A program made the translations under genes and the position numbers. DNA of 64,000 nucleotides from an uncultured delta proteobacterium (GTDB lineage: Bacteria; Desulfobacterota; Syntrophobacteria; Syntrophobacterales; Syntrophobacteraceae): the NCBI GenBank assembly GCA_963808625.1, contig CAWEHK010000004.1, positions 1 through 64,000 of the forward strand. Direction: 5' to 3'. Positions 62,201 to 64,000 of the stretch are shown one piece after another. The notes below the pieces were generated by a model. That model searched no databases. It was not told the origin of the DNA and saw nothing but the letters and a program-made list of their open reading frames with translations. How positions within the stretch are numbered: the stretch's first letter is position 1; each line of letters starts with the position of its first letter.

Positions 62201-64000
62201 TCAATTCGGGACCTTGCGCCCGCATAGCTGGGCCATGGTAGCGAGATAAAGTCCTTTCCTTTGGCGATTGTTATATCTGAAGATGGTGTCAACCAGCCCC
62301 TGATGGAGTCTCCCGAAGGTTTGAGCATAGCGTTTGCTGACCCAGCGATAGTAATTTTCCATGCTCTTCATGTTTTGCGTAAACTGGATTCGGATAAGCT
62401 CGTCGATCAGTTCGTCCGCACGCTCATCGAAGAAATCCTCCAGCTTTGCGGGCGGCCCGCCGGGAGCCGGCTGATATTCCTGGACGAAGACGTAAGCCCC
62501 CGGTAGGGAACGCAAAAAGCGGAAGCGTTCGACGTCTTCGGCAAGGGTCGTGTCGAATCCATACATGCAGATGAACTCAACATTGTCTCGCCGGGTAAAA
62601 TCAAACATCTGATATTGTTGGTGCACTTCCTCCAGGTTGCGACTGTCATTCAAACTAAAATGCATCACGCGGCGGGTGAAACGAAGATTGCAACAATGGA
62701 TGCGTTTCAGCAGCCGGACTTTTTCCTCATCCACCAAACGGAGATCCAACGTTTGGGTGAAGTTGACCTGCAGGTTGCGCACCGCCATTTCTTCGAGGAA
62801 ATCTCCGGCTCTGGGGTGCGCCAGGATATTATCGTCCAGGAGGAGGAGCTTTCGTCTACCGTCCGGAAGCAGTTCATCAAGATCAGCGACCTGCCGCGGC
62901 CGGCCTTCTTTGATGGGGACGACACAAAAAGGGCAGTGAAAGGGGCAGCCTCGGGTGAGGAAACCCATGGCGCGATCGCCGAGCTCCGGATAGAGACTGT
63001 AGTCGGCAGGCAGCTTTTCTATTTCCGCTGGCAGACGCTTCTCAAGGTCGATCCCGGAACCGCCGACGATGAGCGAATCTCCATAGTACCTGCGCAAATT
63101 AACCATCCGGTTTTGCGTTACCGGGCGGGAAAAGACACCGCTCGCATAGACGGCTTCAACCCCTTTCATGAACGCTTCATGCCGCGCCAGAATCACACGC
63201 CGTCCCTGTTCTTTGAAATGGCGGCTGAGTTTCATCAAGCGCCAGATTCGGCAGCCGACTGTCCACATCCACGAGCAGGATGGCGCCTTGGGGTGCGCGT
63301 GCTGGATGCTTGTTTGGCCGCTCGGTATCGATGGGAAGCTGACAGGTCCTGGCGAGGAGCTCGCCGGGAAAACGGAGGCGGGATTGATCGTCTACCAGCT
63401 CACCACAAATTGCATTTCAGGGAACAGCTCATCCATCAGCCTGGCCCAGCGGGGAAAAAGCTCTTCGGTGCACATTTGGTCAGGGCGGTCGAACAGGATC
63501 AGACCGGGGATATCCAAGGGCTTGCTGTGCTTTGGGTAGGCGTCAAGCAGGTGGCGTGCGGCATCCAGGGCCGGCAGGACGGTGCGTTGCTGCCATGGAG
63601 CAAGGCTCAGCCACTGGCGCTTGAAATCGCATGCTTCTTCCATCCAGTTCGTGGTGTCGATGGCAAAATGTTCCTTGAGCACGCGCGAAAGACGTTCCAG
63701 CGTGTGCCTCGACCCCAGACGCTTATGCTTGGCCCCCCGGTAGTGGATCCGGGTGAGGAATGCCACCGGGTCGGTTAACGGCGACCCGTCAAGGAACAGG
63801 GACTGAAAGCGGGTGAGGCGAAAAAGGGGATTCGTGAAATCAAAATCATCGGTCCCATCATGGTGTTTTGGTTCCGGTCCATAGCCAAGCAAGAACAGCC
63901 ACGAATCACCGATGCCGGTTTTGGCTCTCCTGATGGGCATGTCATAAGGGAGAAAACGGTATTCTTCGCGGCGTAAATTCCTGACCAATCCTTTCTCGTC
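62201..64000 (-). CDS. Degenerate ABC-ATPase-like domain fused to radical SAM domain (5' end off window; frameshifts near 63400 and 63240)
   Basis: GLILFDRPD...FPEMQFVV; linker; ILLVDVDSRLPNLAL|MKLS; GGSG; DYSLY; TRGCPFHCPFC (CxxxCxxC); LLDDNIL. Confidence 0.75.

Overview
64 kb that looks like a deltaproteobacterial (Desulfobacterota/Syntrophobacterales-like) chromosome; this taxonomy is an inference from gene content, GC level and repeat families. Many single-base frameshifts, even in conserved genes (truA, aspartate aminotransferase, lptD, rluA, uup), suggest uncorrected long-read indels, so most split ORFs are read here as single genes. (1) 1-17.6 kb is a decayed mobile island. It holds an AbiE-type pair, scraps of higBA/hicB/Fic genes, an attC-like 59-bp element, a DUF104-VapC pair, a terminase-like remnant split by IS630 and a portal-like gene about 9.6 kb downstream. 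The cargo between them includes a second IS630, a Kelch/lipase/PKD surface protein and a hidden UxxC redoxin selenoprotein. (2) 18-58.8 kb is mostly core: RND efflux systems, aspartate aminotransferase-truA-argC, rpsI-rplM, lptD-folC, YcbK, yajD, tex, rluA-uup, MFS and aldo/keto reductases. It is interspersed with TA pairs, an AAA+DUF3226 pair behind an hsdS remnant and several MITE/REP families. (3) 59.1-64 kb is a three-gene cluster of chimeric proteins: degenerate ABC-ATPase fold + radical SAM; IS630-like HTH + DUF4338 (DruA-like); ISL3 Zn-finger/HTH + QLSLF clamp motif + TPR-like region. No catalytic transposase is present, and this cluster is the best candidate for an undescribed system. 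All family assignments come from motif recognition by eye, not from database searches.
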